A DNA stretch of 64,000 bases from an uncultured virus (IMG/VR IMGVR_UViG_3300042673_001922) (IMGVR_UViG_3300042673_001922:1-64000), one strand, 5' to 3'. Numbered from the stretch's first letter, positions 1 to 10,876 are shown. The notes: generated from the letters alone by a model not told the origin. Program-made: numbers and translations.

Positions 1-1
1 C

Positions 2-532
2 GTAAATATAGCCAGCAAATTTGGTTATGAACCCCAGTGTTCAAAATTATGGTCATACGCAAGAACATGTAGACAACTTGGACAATTGCAGTCCGTACAT
101 GAGGAGTTTAGCGATAGAGGTTTTTCCGTATTAGCATTCCCTTGCAATCAGTTTGGATCAATGGATCCTGGTACTAATGAAGAAATAGCAGATTTTATTA
201 AACAAAATTATTCTTTTGTTACTTTTCCTATTTTTGAAAAAGTTGAAGTAAATGGAAAAAATGAACACGAAGCCTTTGCCTTTCTTAAGGGTTATGAAAA
301 AAGAGCTTATTCAGACTTTGCAGCAGACGGTAGTGAAGAGGCTCAAAAGGGTCAAAACTTAGCAGGTCAAGCAATGGCAAGAATCTCTCATAACTATGAA
401 AAGTTTTTAGTTAGCAGAGATGGAATTATGATATCTAGGTTTAACTGGCAAGACATGCCACTAGATGAAACTCCTAGAATTCAAGGTGCAGGGTGGACCA
501 TTAGGGAAGCTATAGATGAGGTATTGGGATAA
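2..532 (+). CDS. Glutathione peroxidase-like protein, 5'-truncated by the window edge, with degenerate active site
   Basis: The frame is open from position 2: VNIASKFGYEPQC...FSVLAFPCNQFG...FPIFEKVEVNG...HNYEKFLV. This matches the GPx family signatures VNxASxCG, FPCNQF and WNFEKFLV. Confidence 0.85.
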   Translation, partial: VNIASKFGYEPQCSKLWSYARTCRQLGQLQSVHEEFSDRGFSVLAFPCNQFGSMDPGTNEEIADFIKQNYSFVTFPIFEKVEVNGKNEHEAFAFLKGYEKRAYSDFAADGSEEAQKGQNLAGQAMARISHNYEKFLVSRDGIMISRFNWQDMPLDETPRIQGAGWTIREAIDEVLG

Positions 533-1644
533 TGGAAGATAGTAGTTCTTTTTTTCAAAAAGATGAATCAAGGATGAGCAGCACTGCATATCCGGTATCG
601 CCTCATTTTGATGAAGCAACCATAAAAGAAATAGCTGATTTTGAAACCGAAGAATTAGCACCTGGTATAGTCGTGATTAGAAATGCGTTTACGATAGACC
701 AAGATTTAGTTCTTGGCCACATAGATTCAAGAGCTGAAGAAGCACATAAGAATAGATGGTCATACAAAGAAGTAGATGGCGTTACATATGGAATAAATGA
801 AGACGGATTTAAATATAGAATGGAAGATGTTCCGGCAGCTCCAGTAAGAATATTAGATCCAGTAAACCCTAAGACTGAAGAAGAAGTAAAAAATTTCTTT
901 ATTTATTTAGAAGATCAAATATACAAAGGTTTAATTAAATACATAGATCATTACCCATTAATGATTGGGTCTATTTGGTGGAAGACTAGAGGTCATATAC
1001 TTAGGTATGGTGATGGTGGGATACTAGGGTGTCACGCTGATAACGACACAAATTATAAAGTGACTAATGGCGTTAGGTACATGCCTAAGGGCATGGTTGC
1101 CTCTAGGCAGACCTGTGGAGCATTGTTGTATCTAAATGATTGCGTCGATGATGAAAGCGAACTAGATGGCAGAAACTTTACTGGTGGACATCTAAGATTT
1201 GTTCATTTAGGGGTTTCTTATAAGCCTCAAAAAGGAGATATTATATTCTTTCCGACAAACTACGTCGCAGCACACGATGTAGGAAGAATGGGTAACGGAG
1301 TTAGATACTCTTATCTAACATTCTTTGGACAAGGATCGTCTGACATACCGGCCAATGTGGTGATATCTGAACCATCAGAAAGTTTTGAGTGGTGTCCCCC
1401 TGTGTGGTTCAATAATATTTATGACGATTATGAAATGTATTGCAGAACTCCTTATTCTAGATGGGAAAACAGAGCAGCAGAGTTTGGAGTAGAGGCTGGG
1501 TGGAATCCAGTTTACCAAGGTAGAGAAGTTACTCAATACTCACAGAGTCATGATGTTGTTGAAGTTGATAAACAACAGGAATTAAAACAATCAGATAACA
1601 CCTTGTCAGAAGGGCCATGCGGAACAGAACCTAGGCTGATATAG
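532..1644 (+). CDS. 2OG-Fe(II) oxygenase (prolyl 4-hydroxylase-like fold)
   Basis: HAD...LLYLND...GGHLRF...KGDIIFFP...AAHDV...RYS gives the HxD...H iron triad plus the 2OG-binding RxS. Confidence 0.85.
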   Translation: MEDSSSFFQKDESRMSSTAYPVSPHFDEATIKEIADFETEELAPGIVVIRNAFTIDQDLVLGHIDSRAEEAHKNRWSYKEVDGVTYGINEDGFKYRMEDVPAAPVRILDPVNPKTEEEVKNFFIYLEDQIYKGLIKYIDHYPLMIGSIWWKTRGHILRYGDGGILGCHADNDTNYKVTNGVRYMPKGMVASRQTCGALLYLNDCVDDESELDGRNFTGGHLRFVHLGVSYKPQKGDIIFFPTNYVAAHDVGRMGNGVRYSYLTFFGQGSSDIPANVVISEPSESFEWCPPVWFNNIYDDYEMYCRTPYSRWENRAAEFGVEAGWNPVYQGREVTQYSQSHDVVEVDKQQELKQSDNTLSEGPCGTEPRLI

Positions 1645-2561
1645 TGTTTCAGATAAAAGAAGAAAATATAGAAATGCATGATATGGGAATTGTTCTTTTT
1701 AAGAATGTACTCCCAATGCAAGATCATGGTTATATATTAGATTTTGCTAAAAGCGTACGTCTACAGGCTTTAAAGGATGATTTTACTTTCATTAACGACG
1801 ATCTAGGTAATCCGTTGTATGCAATCAACAGAAGTGGACATAGGTATACTTTAGAAGATGTAGAAATTGCATCTAATCATATTATGAACTTTATGCACGA
1901 GGGGTTGGGTCAAGAATATTTTGATTTCTTTAAAGCATGTGAAGATACCCTCTACGCCTGTATGCTTAGATACGTAGAGATGTTCCCCATGATGCTTACC
2001 TGTTTATGGTGGAGAACTCAAGGTCATATAGTGGGGTATGGAAAAGGTGGAAGATTTGGCAAGCACTGTGATAATGATGTTAACTACCAACCAGGAGCAG
2101 AACCCGATCAACAGTTAGCTATAAGAAATGTTTTAGGTGGTCTTATTTATTTTAATGATTCCGTTAACGAGATTCAAGATAAGAATGATTACGTAGGCGG
2201 TGAAATAGTTTTTCCTTACGCTAAATTTACTTATTTCCCAAAAGCTGGAGACGTTTTAATGTTTCCTTCTAATTATTTAGGAACACACAAGGTTATGGAA
2301 TGTAAAGAGGGAGAAAGATACGCTTACGTTGGCTATTTTGCACATGGATCAAGTGATCCAAATAGAGGCGTAAATATCAGACAGCCCTCTGAAGTAATGG
2401 ATAGCGGGCAAGTATGGATGCCGAATATAGTTGATGACTATTTGAAGGCAATAGAAAAAAGACACGCAAATACAGATCCAGAGTTAATGTCACTTTTAAC
2501 TGAAGCTGCCAATAGACCAATGACAAGTAATAATACCAATGAAGAAATTGGAAGATTGTGA
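1644..2561 (+). CDS. 2OG-Fe(II) oxygenase (P4H-like)
   Basis: HCD...IYFND...GGEIVFP...AGDVLMFPS...THKV...RYA. GTG start overlaps the previous stop. Confidence 0.85.
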   Translation: MFQIKEENIEMHDMGIVLFKNVLPMQDHGYILDFAKSVRLQALKDDFTFINDDLGNPLYAINRSGHRYTLEDVEIASNHIMNFMHEGLGQEYFDFFKACEDTLYACMLRYVEMFPMMLTCLWWRTQGHIVGYGKGGRFGKHCDNDVNYQPGAEPDQQLAIRNVLGGLIYFNDSVNEIQDKNDYVGGEIVFPYAKFTYFPKAGDVLMFPSNYLGTHKVMECKEGERYAYVGYFAHGSSDPNRGVNIRQPSEVMDSGQVWMPNIVDDYLKAIEKRHANTDPELMSLLTEAANRPMTSNNTNEEIGRL

Positions 2562-3439
2562 TATTTAATAAAGTAGAACCAAAACATTTAGGTGGTGGAG
2601 TTGTAATATTTGAAGGTTGTATAGATTTAGATTGGGAGAATTTACTCAAGAGATCAAATGACCTAATAGAAGAAGAGTGGAACGAAATGTACTCTCCGGG
2701 GATAGACCCTGAAACTGGCGAAGAGATATATGTGAATAAAAGTGGGTACTTCTTTAATAAGGACAGCATTGACCTGATGCCAAAGAGAGCTAGTGCTATA
2801 CACTACAAAGACAACGAAGATTTACGTGATTTTTTTTCTTTTATAGAGTCTTCAAAAGACAAATGTTTATTACAATATTTTGAATTATTTCCATTAGCTT
2901 ACAAATGTGTATGGTGGAAAGTTAAAGGTCATATATTACAATATCCAAAAAACGTTTATCTTGGTTCACATTCCGATATTAGTGGTGATTACATATATGG
3001 TGTATTAGAACCTCAAGATCAATTAGCTTTGAGAAATGTTGTAACAAGTTTAGTATACTTTAATGATTCTGTTGATATCGAAGAAGAATTAGACGGTAAA
3101 AATTATATTGGTGGACATCATTATTTTAATTATTTAGATATAGATTACTCTCCTAAAAAGGGTGATATATTATTTTTTCCATCCAATTACATGGCTGCCC
3201 ATGAGGTTAAGCCAGTTAAGGAAGGTTTTAGATATAGTTATCTTGGATGGTATAGTCAGGGAACTCCAAATCCAGCAGTTCACGAATATGTAGCAGATCC
3301 ATTAAAAGATCCAGAATTGTCTAAAAAAGCTACAAATATTTACATGCCTACACTTAGGGAAGATTTAAAGAAGCATTTATTAGAATCTGGATACAAAGAA
3401 GATTCACCACAATTTTATATTACGAAATCAAATTATTAA
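2558..3439 (+). CDS. 2OG-Fe(II) oxygenase (P4H-like)
   Basis: HSD...VYFND...GG...KGDILFFPS...AHEV...RYS. GTGA overlap with the upstream gene. Confidence 0.85.
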   Translation: MIFNKVEPKHLGGGVVIFEGCIDLDWENLLKRSNDLIEEEWNEMYSPGIDPETGEEIYVNKSGYFFNKDSIDLMPKRASAIHYKDNEDLRDFFSFIESSKDKCLLQYFELFPLAYKCVWWKVKGHILQYPKNVYLGSHSDISGDYIYGVLEPQDQLALRNVVTSLVYFNDSVDIEEELDGKNYIGGHHYFNYLDIDYSPKKGDILFFPSNYMAAHEVKPVKEGFRYSYLGWYSQGTPNPAVHEYVADPLKDPELSKKATNIYMPTLREDLKKHLLESGYKEDSPQFYITKSNY

Positions 3440-3447
3440 GGATAGTT

Positions 3448-4254
3448 ATGAAATCAAAACACATTGGAATGGGCGTAGTAATATGCGAAGACGTAATTGA
3501 TATAGACCAGGACTTTCTTTTTGAATATATTAATTGGCTTCGCATTAACGAAGAGGAAACTTTTACTTATCATGAAGAAGATGGCGAAAAGTACGCAGTA
3601 AATAAAACTGGCTTTAAATTTAAACTACAAGATGTTCAGCAAGCCCCACAAAGATTTTTAGATACAAAAGGAAAAAATTTACAAGTAGAAGTTCCTAAAA
3701 AATATATTGATTTCATTGATAGCTTAGAAGAAGCTGTTTACCAAGCATTAGTTGAATACTGTTGCTACTTTCCTGATGCAGCAACAACATCATGGTGGAG
3801 ACCCACTGGCCATATAGCTGGTTATGAAGATGGTCAAAGAATAGGCTTGCATTGCGATGATCAAGTACCATATGAATGGGGTAAGGAAACCGGTAATCAA
3901 ATATCAATACATAACAGTTCAAGCATTAATCTTTACCTTAATGATTGTGTTGCTAACGAGGAAGAAATGAATAACTATACTTATTTAGGTGGAGAAATTC
4001 ATTTTCCTAATGCGCCATATGTTTACAGACCAAAAAGTGGCAGTGTTGCAATATATCCATCTTCCTATATCGGTAGACATGAGGTATATCCAGTAATCAG
4101 TGGTCAAAGATATGCATTTTTAAGCATAGCTTGTTATGGCACTTCTTTTGAACAGAAAGAGAAAGTGGGGCAAGAAAATCCACACAAGTTTTGGATGCCA
4201 GAGATAATTAACGATGTCAATAAAAAAAGAACAGATAAACAATATACATTGTAG
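3448..4254 (+). CDS. 2OG-Fe(II) oxygenase (P4H-like)
   Basis: HCD...LYLND...GGEIHFP...GSVAIYPS...RHEV...RYA. Confidence 0.85.
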   Translation: MKSKHIGMGVVICEDVIDIDQDFLFEYINWLRINEEETFTYHEEDGEKYAVNKTGFKFKLQDVQQAPQRFLDTKGKNLQVEVPKKYIDFIDSLEEAVYQALVEYCCYFPDAATTSWWRPTGHIAGYEDGQRIGLHCDDQVPYEWGKETGNQISIHNSSSINLYLNDCVANEEEMNNYTYLGGEIHFPNAPYVYRPKSGSVAIYPSSYIGRHEVYPVISGQRYAFLSIACYGTSFEQKEKVGQENPHKFWMPEIINDVNKKRTDKQYTL

Positions 4255-4319
4255 GATCGAGAAATTTGTATGTATAGAGGAAATTCTTCTCAAGAAAATT
4301 ATCAACTAGAAAACTAACT

Positions 4320-5261
4320 ATGAATCCTTTTGAAATTTCTTATACTGAAATATACCCATATATATGTGTGTATAGCAACTTGCTACCTGACGCAAAAGAA
4401 CTTTCGGATACAATGTTCAGATCGGAAAATGAAAATAAAAGTTCTATCTTTACTGAATGGGTTGACTGGTTTGTTTTTGGAAAATATGCTCACTTAAAAA
4501 ATCAAGAAGAAATAAAAGAATTTTACAATAAAAATATAGTAAATGTTAAGGACTATAACATTGAGCTTCATATGGCAGAAAGAAATCTTTTACAAAGGAT
4601 AACGGAATCAAATACTGCTGCTATAACCGAATATATAACTAGAAACAAAGTGCTGGTACCTAAGGGTTCATTTATCACTAATCCAAATATTGCAAGATAT
4701 GATCCATACGTTGACACAGGTGAAAAAAAAACAATGCAGTTTCATACAGATTACGGAATTGGAGAATGGTATTGGCCAGGAGAAAAATTCTTATTGACAT
4801 GTACTACGTATTTAAATGACGACTACGATAATGGGGAAATTGTTTTTTTAATAAAAAACGATATTATTTCATATAAACCAAAAGCTGGAGATATTATTGT
4901 TTTTCCTTCAGGTTCTCCTATTTTTCCAGGAAAAGAACCATACTTTCATGCTGTGAATATGGTTAAAGAAAACAGTAAACTCCTAATAAGAAATTACCTA
5001 AAACATTATGTAGGGCCAACTCAAAAATGGATTGATGGAGAAAAAGAGTACGGAAAAGATGCTTGGTACGAAATTGCTAAAAAAAGATCAGAAAGTCACA
5101 GTATGGCGAGCATTCACTATGCAGGTAGTGGTAATCACGTCTATTTAAATGATATTGATAAAAATACAAAAATTGATAAACATTGCTCTGGATTAGTTAC
5201 TAGTCTTTATGGGTTAGATGAAAAAGAATACGTAAAAATAGAAAAATTAAATTATGAATAA
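4320..5261 (+). CDS. 2OG-Fe(II) oxygenase, more divergent member
   Basis: FHTD...[14 protein letters not shown]...[10 protein letters not shown]...YFHAV. Lys stands where the other four have the RY[SA] arginine. Confidence 0.8.
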   Translation: MNPFEISYTEIYPYICVYSNLLPDAKELSDTMFRSENENKSSIFTEWVDWFVFGKYAHLKNQEEIKEFYNKNIVNVKDYNIELHMAERNLLQRITESNTAAITEYITRNKVLVPKGSFITNPNIARYDPYVDTGEKKTMQFHTDYGIGEWYWPGEKFLLTCTTYLNDDYDNGEIVFLIKNDIISYKPKAGDIIVFPSGSPIFPGKEPYFHAVNMVKENSKLLIRNYLKHYVGPTQKWIDGEKEYGKDAWYEIAKKRSESHSMASIHYAGSGNHVYLNDIDKNTKIDKHCSGLVTSLYGLDEKEYVKIEKLNYE

Positions 5262-5356
5262 AAATACCCATTGAATAAGTTTCTTAGTAAATTTGCGTTA
5301 AATAGATTTTTGTTTTTGTCCCCGAAGGGTAGACTGCAACTAGTATATCAATACTA

Positions 5357-5364
5357 TTACTATA
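5357..5364 (+). promoter_or_regulatory. TTACTATA motif, candidate late-promoter element
   Basis: The same 8-mer lies in three intergenic gaps upstream of structural gene starts (5357, 9514, 63499). Confidence 0.45.
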
Positions 5365-5387
5365 AAATTAAAAGTTAGGAATAATAT

Positions 5388-5772
5388 ATGCTCTATAATG
5401 ATCTAATATCTTACAATCAACCGGGTGTAATTTATTCTGGAACTTTAGTTTTAAATATTACACGGAATTAATGCTCCAGTTATTGTATCTAATGTTGATA
5501 TTTATTTTGGTGGAGATATTGACTACAGTAACTTCACAACAGTTGGAGTTTTGACAATTGAGTCAGTATCTACTGGGGTCATAACCATGGAGACTGGTCA
5601 AGAAACTGGCTATGGCAATTCAACAACATTTGGAACGTTGACATTCCAGTCAGCATCTACTGGAACAGTAACCATGGAGACTAGCCAGCAACAGGCTGAT
5701 ATATTGATTGAGGCTAGTACTATATATATATCTGGAGCTTCTGCTGAGGTCACAACTGTATACGTGGTTTAA
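5388..5772 (+). CDS. Small Thr/Ser/Gly-rich protein (about 127 aa), joined across a +1 shift at C5463
   Basis: ATG 5388 follows AGGA. MLYNDLISYNQPGVIYSGTLVLNIT-[c]-GINAPVIV... continues into the frame of ORF 5551..5772. Confidence 0.6.
5561..5693 (+). repeat. Intragenic imperfect direct repeat, 87-nt (29-aa) period
   Basis: agtcagtatctactgg...accatggagact at 5561 and agtcagcatctactgg...accatggagact at 5648 (SVSTGVITMET / SASTGTVTMET). Confidence 0.7.
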
Positions 5773-5811
5773 TTTAAAAAACCTTAATTTAAATATTCAA
5801 CTGGAGATAAA

Positions 5812-6711
5812 ATGTTAAATTCCGTTTTGGTAAACGATACGGTAAGAATTAAAGTTAAATTTGTTGACATTAATTCTTCAACTGGACAGCAAGTAGAGGT
5901 ATCTCCTAGCGCAGTTCTTGTTGTAATAAAGAATATTAATGATTCTATCATAGTAAATACTACCGCTACTTCCATAACTTCATCTGAGTACTATTATGAC
6001 TTCACCCCTGCAGACCCTGGTCAGTATGAGGTAACATTTACTGGCGTTTTAGCAGACTCAACCCAGATAGTAGTTAAGCAAAATCTTTATGTCAGTGACG
6101 CAGACAGTGACTACAGGCCCTCGGTAACTCTAAGATCAGAAGAAGTAATTACTTTTGCCCCAGATGTTGACCCACTTTATATAGATCCAGAGGAAGTTCT
6201 GTCATTTTTTCCCGATGCGTCTTTATTGGAAATTGGGGAGCTAGTTCATCATTATTCGTTAGAAGTTAAAAGTGTATTTAATTTACAGGATATTGACAAT
6301 GGATCTGAATTAAACTTTACAATTCAAGAATACATTAAAGCAGCAGCTTGCTGTGAATTGAGCAGAACATACGGTTTTGGTGGAGATGATGAGTTATCCT
6401 TGAAGTTGGCAGACCTTTCAATCACAAACAGGTCAAATCCAAGACAATCTATAAACAGGGGCAATGCGACAACATGGTGTCAAATCGCAGCTGCTTTAAG
6501 AAAAGAAATAATGGCAAAAAGAGTCGGTATGAGAGCTGTTATTCCAAAAGGTCTGCCCAATAAAAAAATTCATTCAACATACAAAACTCTTGACCCCGAT
6601 ACTGGCAAGTTGATATACCTATCGGATAAAGAGCTTTATGGGCCAGGAAGAACAACCCCTACGGACCCGGACGACCCCATGCCAACTAGGGGTTTAAGAA
6701 AGTATGATTGA
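5812..6711 (+). CDS. Putative head-tail joining/virion protein with N-terminal Ig-like domain
   Basis: Beta-rich N-terminus (YYYDFTPADPGQYEVTFTG), GGAG RBS, and position at the start of the tail module. Confidence 0.45.
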   Translation: MLNSVLVNDTVRIKVKFVDINSSTGQQVEVSPSAVLVVIKNINDSIIVNTTATSITSSEYYYDFTPADPGQYEVTFTGVLADSTQIVVKQNLYVSDADSDYRPSVTLRSEEVITFAPDVDPLYIDPEEVLSFFPDASLLEIGELVHHYSLEVKSVFNLQDIDNGSELNFTIQEYIKAAACCELSRTYGFGGDDELSLKLADLSITNRSNPRQSINRGNATTWCQIAAALRKEIMAKRVGMRAVIPKGLPNKKIHSTYKTLDPDTGKLIYLSDKELYGPGRTTPTDPDDPMPTRGLRKYD

Positions 6712-7081
6712 TCCAAAGAGAGCTTTTAATAAAATCCTCAGAGAATGGGGTCATGATATTCTTATTCAGAGAAGATTGGATGACAACTTCATTTACTCTG
6801 ATACATTTGAAAGAGTAACAACAAGACACTTTTTTCCTTCTTCCGAAACTTTGAGTCAAGTTCAAAGAGAGGACAAAGAAGGAGTCAATACCAATGTAGA
6901 CTTAATATTTTACTTTGAAGCTTCTGTTTATCCAAAGCAAGGTGATAGAATATATGAAGAGTCAGAAATAAATATTAATGATCCAAATATTTATCTAATA
7001 GACTTTGCTGCTCCGGTTAAAGGTAGAATGGGAATTACTGTTTACTGGATAGTCGGAGCCACCAGAGAAAGACCAATGTAA
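6704..7081 (+). CDS. Putative head-closure/neck protein
   Basis: 125 aa with the pattern FYFEASVYPKQGDRIYE...PVKGRMG typical of head-tail stopper proteins; synteny fits. Confidence 0.45.
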   Translation: MIDPKRAFNKILREWGHDILIQRRLDDNFIYSDTFERVTTRHFFPSSETLSQVQREDKEGVNTNVDLIFYFEASVYPKQGDRIYEESEININDPNIYLIDFAAPVKGRMGITVYWIVGATRERPM

Positions 7082-8737
7082 TGCTAGTCTTAAGTCCAAA
7101 TGAAACTCGGAATATTTGAGTTTATCTTTAATGAAGATGGTGTATTTTACGACCCAACTAGTAACTCGACACCTTCTGATGTATTGATATCAATATATAG
7201 AGGAGATCTTGGTTCTGGAGCAACTATTGATGGTCCATATTCTTTTTTGTTTCAAGCTGCGACTCCGGGTGATACTAAAATAGTTAAGACATCTAATAAT
7301 GTAGTTTACTTTGGAGACTACGGAGATATTCCTGGATCCAATAACTCCACGGAGCAAGCTGTTAAATTTTCTTTTCAATATAAAATTCCAGAGAATTTGT
7401 TTCCGGGAAACTATTCTGTAGTTGCTACTACTGGTTATGATTCAGAAGTTATTCAATATGTAGCTCAATTTCAAGTTCCGCAGTCAAGTGCCGCAATAAA
7501 TACTTTATATGCAGCAGGCGAAAAAGAAATTACTAAATCTTTTGTTCCAGCATTTCAAACGATGGAGCAGTATAGAACAAACTCTGTTTTACTTATTGGC
7601 CATGCAGATGGCGTAGAATTAAATAATATTAACAGAATTTCAAACATACAAGAAGCAATAGATTTACTTAAGGCTGATTTTAATTCACCATTGTTAAGAG
7701 GCGTATTTGACGCATATGCATCAGGGTGTAGAGATATCTACATATGTGCTTCAGCACCAATGTCAGAATACGTAGAAGACTTAAACGATAGACTTGTTTC
7801 TAAAGGCATCTATGGACTTAATGATGCAACTCCATTGACTATGACATTCTATCAAAGGTATTACGATAGATTATCTGAAACTTATTCAATCATTAAAGAC
7901 TATGATTATTTAGATATAATAGTTCCATTAGAAATAAGTTTTATTAATACAGGTGGAATTGATTTCCTGACACAACTTGCTTCATATTGTCAAGAGTTTC
8001 ACAACAATAGTGGAATGATTCAGATTGGAATAATTGGTTCTAGAAATGGTGGAATCACATCTTCAGATATAGATACACTAGAGGCTGATAGTAGATTTAT
8101 AAATAAATATACAATGTTTGATTCTGAAAACCAAATAATAGGCGATATGGGAAGATTTGTTATTCCAATCTATGGAGAACTAATAATGAACCATAGCTTC
8201 TTGACTATATCATATGTCTCAAGCGGTTCTGCAATATACGCAGGAATGCTTTCGTCCAATCCAGTTAATCAAAGTCTTATTAGAAAAATTGTACCATCTG
8301 CATTTGGTTTAAACGGAATATCATTAAGTCAAGCTCAAGTAAACCGTTTAGATAGTTTGGGCATTAATACATTTACAAAAAATACAAGAACTAGAAGAGG
8401 AAACTCTTATCAGACATACGTAACAAACGACAATACAGTTGCTCATTCAACATCTAATTATAGAAAAGCTCCTCAAATAAGACTTGTATCAATGTTAATA
8501 AATGAGATTAGAGCATTAACAAATAATACAATTGGAAAATTTGCTCCACAAAAAGCTTCTTCAGATGTTCAGGAAATGTTACAGTACTTAAAGTCAAATG
8601 GAATCATAGCAGATTTTGAATTAGAATCTTATATGGATTCACAGATAAGAGGAAAAATGTATTTTGATGTTTCGGTTACTTCTAGCTTAGGTCTAAAAAA
8701 AATATCATTTAGCATATCGTCAGGTCAAGGTACTTAG
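7081..8737 (+). CDS. Tail-sheath-like protein (second paralogue) with N-terminal extension; probable start 7081 with +1 shift at C7108
   Basis: C-terminal sheath-like region (LSQAQVNRLDSLGINTF...NDNT...SNYRKAPQIRLVSMLINEIR). ATG 7081 overlaps the upstream stop (TAATG) and reads MLVLSPNET-[c]-GIFEF. An alternative ATG at 7100 needs no shift. Confidence 0.6.
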
Positions 8738-8738
8738 A

Positions 8739-9491
8739 ATGGCACAAAACGCATTTGGTTTTCCACTTCCTTCAATTAACGAAGTGTCAATAGACAGGGC
8801 TTTTGGTGCCCCTTTACAAGCTGCTGGAAATCTAAGTTATTTAGAATTCATATCTATAGTTAAATTGTTGTGGGAAAATTTACATCCAGATATTCCAATA
8901 GTTCCAACTCAACCAGCACAATACTCCACTTATCCATGTGTTGTTTATGGCCTTGAGTTAAGGAAGGCACATACTACGGAGCCAAAACCAAGAAGTAGAA
9001 ATGTAGTCGAAAAAGATATAATGGTCTTTGGTCAAAGATTTCAAAATGTTGTTTCTTTTACTGTTACCACTAAAATGATGGGTGGGGCATCAAGGTCATC
9101 GGACTCTAATACTTTGGCTTCCAGATATGATGGAGCTGATGTTGCAGATTCGATAGCTGAAATATTTGAAGACTTTATGCTTGAGTATACTCCTGTTTTT
9201 AAAAGATTAGGAGCTTCAGAATTTGTATATGCTAGAAGATTAGCTGATTCAGAAGAAAATAAAGGAAATACTGATATAGTTAAAAGAACAATTACGTATA
9301 TGTTAACTACGGAAAAGTTATTAGTTACATCAGTTGCTCAGATAGAACAAATAGCTATAGACATTAGAACATATATGGCTTATGAAAAAGAACTAGTTAT
9401 AGAAAATACTGAAAAATCTACTCCAGACTTTACTGGAACAGAAGTGAATATTAGAGACTTGTATCAAACAGCTACTCCAGATTTTAATTGA
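8739..9491 (+). CDS. Putative tail completion/terminator protein
   Basis: Lies immediately before the sheath gene; YPCVVY...FGQRFQNVVSFTV...RTITYML resembles tail-terminator folds. Confidence 0.45.
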   Translation: MAQNAFGFPLPSINEVSIDRAFGAPLQAAGNLSYLEFISIVKLLWENLHPDIPIVPTQPAQYSTYPCVVYGLELRKAHTTEPKPRSRNVVEKDIMVFGQRFQNVVSFTVTTKMMGGASRSSDSNTLASRYDGADVADSIAEIFEDFMLEYTPVFKRLGASEFVYARRLADSEENKGNTDIVKRTITYMLTTEKLLVTSVAQIEQIAIDIRTYMAYEKELVIENTEKSTPDFTGTEVNIRDLYQTATPDFN

Positions 9492-9513
9492 GGTTGTTTT
9501 CATATGTTCTTTG

Positions 9514-9521
9514 TTACTATA
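9514..9521 (+). promoter_or_regulatory. TTACTATA motif upstream of the sheath gene
   Basis: Second copy of the intergenic 8-mer, followed by a GGAGG RBS. Confidence 0.45.
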
Positions 9522-9566
9522 CATTAGGACTAGACCTAAACTCGCTAATCGGAGGTTTAAAATTCA

Positions 9567-10853
9567 ATGGCTCTACCAGGTGTAAAAACAATAGTAAAAG
9601 ATCGCTTTTATAGCATCTCAAGACAGGATACTCCTGTCGGCCCAAGAATATGCGTTATTGGCACACGCACTACAGCTGATGGCACAGGAAATGTTGCCGA
9701 CCTTGACGTAGTTCAGGTTACCAAGGAATCAGATGTTATTACTGCTTTTGGTGAAGGTTCACAACTTCACAAAAGTTACAAAGAACTAGTTTCTGCTGGT
9801 GCAGATAGAATCTTTATGGTTCCACTACCAAGCAATACGGTTTATAATCATACTACTGGCGCTTTAACTTCTGGTGGAATTGATATTTTCGATGACGCTT
9901 TTGCAGCAGCAGAGGTATCAATGCCAGACCTAGTTATTCCTTACGGAAGAGGTGGAACACCTTCAGACTGGCAGTCTCCAGCAACCCCAAGTGATGACGT
10001 TGAGTATGGCTTCCATGCTGACAATACGACTGTGGTTGCAAACAACTGGGCTTATAAAGTTGCTACTAAAATAAAAGCCATTAGCGAGAATACAAATCCA
10101 TGTATAGCAGTAATGGGCATTAGACCATACATCGGCACTGGCGCAACTCCTGCTACGGCAGAAGTAATGACTCCTGCCAATGTGTCTAGTCACATGAGTC
10201 TCACTAACCTTCCATCAAGAGATGCAGTTAGTGGTTCTGAATATGTTTGGGGCAATATTGGTAGATATGTAATTTTAGTCGCTGCAGAAGTTAAGCCAGT
10301 TAACTATTCTTCAGCAAATATTGCAGATTTTGGTTATGCAAATGGAGCAACTACACTTGCTGCTTCGTTGAGCAGAATGGCTTCTTATATTAGCCCTGTA
10401 AATAAAACAGTCTTCAACGTAACTAGACTTCGCTACAACCCAACTAGAACACAGTTGTCAAATGAAAATTCAACTGGAGCAGTAGACAAGGGCCTTAATG
10501 CAATTGTTCTTAACTTTAATAAAGTTCCAGTTTTTGCAGAAGGTGTAACTTTTGCACCATCGGTATCTGACTACACAAGAATCTCTACTTCAAGAATTAT
10601 TAATGAAGCATCTCTTGTCGTTCGTCAGGTATGCCAGAAGTTTGTTGGTGAAGCTTCAACAATGCAGGTTCGCAATTCAATGGAGACGGCAATTACTTCA
10701 GGTCTTCGTGGAATGCAGCAACTTGGCGCTCTCTTGGATAGCGACTTTACAGTTAGCTATATCCCAGCAGAAAACAAGGCACTAGTTGACCTTGTTGTAA
10801 CACCGGCTTTCGAACTCAAGTCAATTGAGATTTCGATAGCAGTTAACCTTTAA
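9567..10853 (+). CDS. Contractile tail sheath protein
   Basis: N-terminal LPGVKTIVKD and VIGT...AFG; C-terminal SDYTRISTSRII...VRQVCQKFVGE...VDLVVTPAFELKSIEISI. It directly precedes the tube gene. Confidence 0.85.
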   Translation: MALPGVKTIVKDRFYSISRQDTPVGPRICVIGTRTTADGTGNVADLDVVQVTKESDVITAFGEGSQLHKSYKELVSAGADRIFMVPLPSNTVYNHTTGALTSGGIDIFDDAFAAAEVSMPDLVIPYGRGGTPSDWQSPATPSDDVEYGFHADNTTVVANNWAYKVATKIKAISENTNPCIAVMGIRPYIGTGATPATAEVMTPANVSSHMSLTNLPSRDAVSGSEYVWGNIGRYVILVAAEVKPVNYSSANIADFGYANGATTLAASLSRMASYISPVNKTVFNVTRLRYNPTRTQLSNENSTGAVDKGLNAIVLNFNKVPVFAEGVTFAPSVSDYTRISTSRIINEASLVVRQVCQKFVGEASTMQVRNSMETAITSGLRGMQQLGALLDSDFTVSYIPAENKALVDLVVTPAFELKSIEISIAVNL

Positions 10854-10876
10854 TAATTAGATAGGAGGGTACACAG

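Noticed and set aside
20..22. Selenocysteine (TGA) at the GPx active site
   Set aside because: The codon at that position is TTT (Phe), not TGA.
5306..5336. Possible terminator hairpin around CCCGAAGGG
   Set aside because: The stem is short and imperfect and the T-run lies on the 5' side, so it cannot be supported as a + strand terminator.
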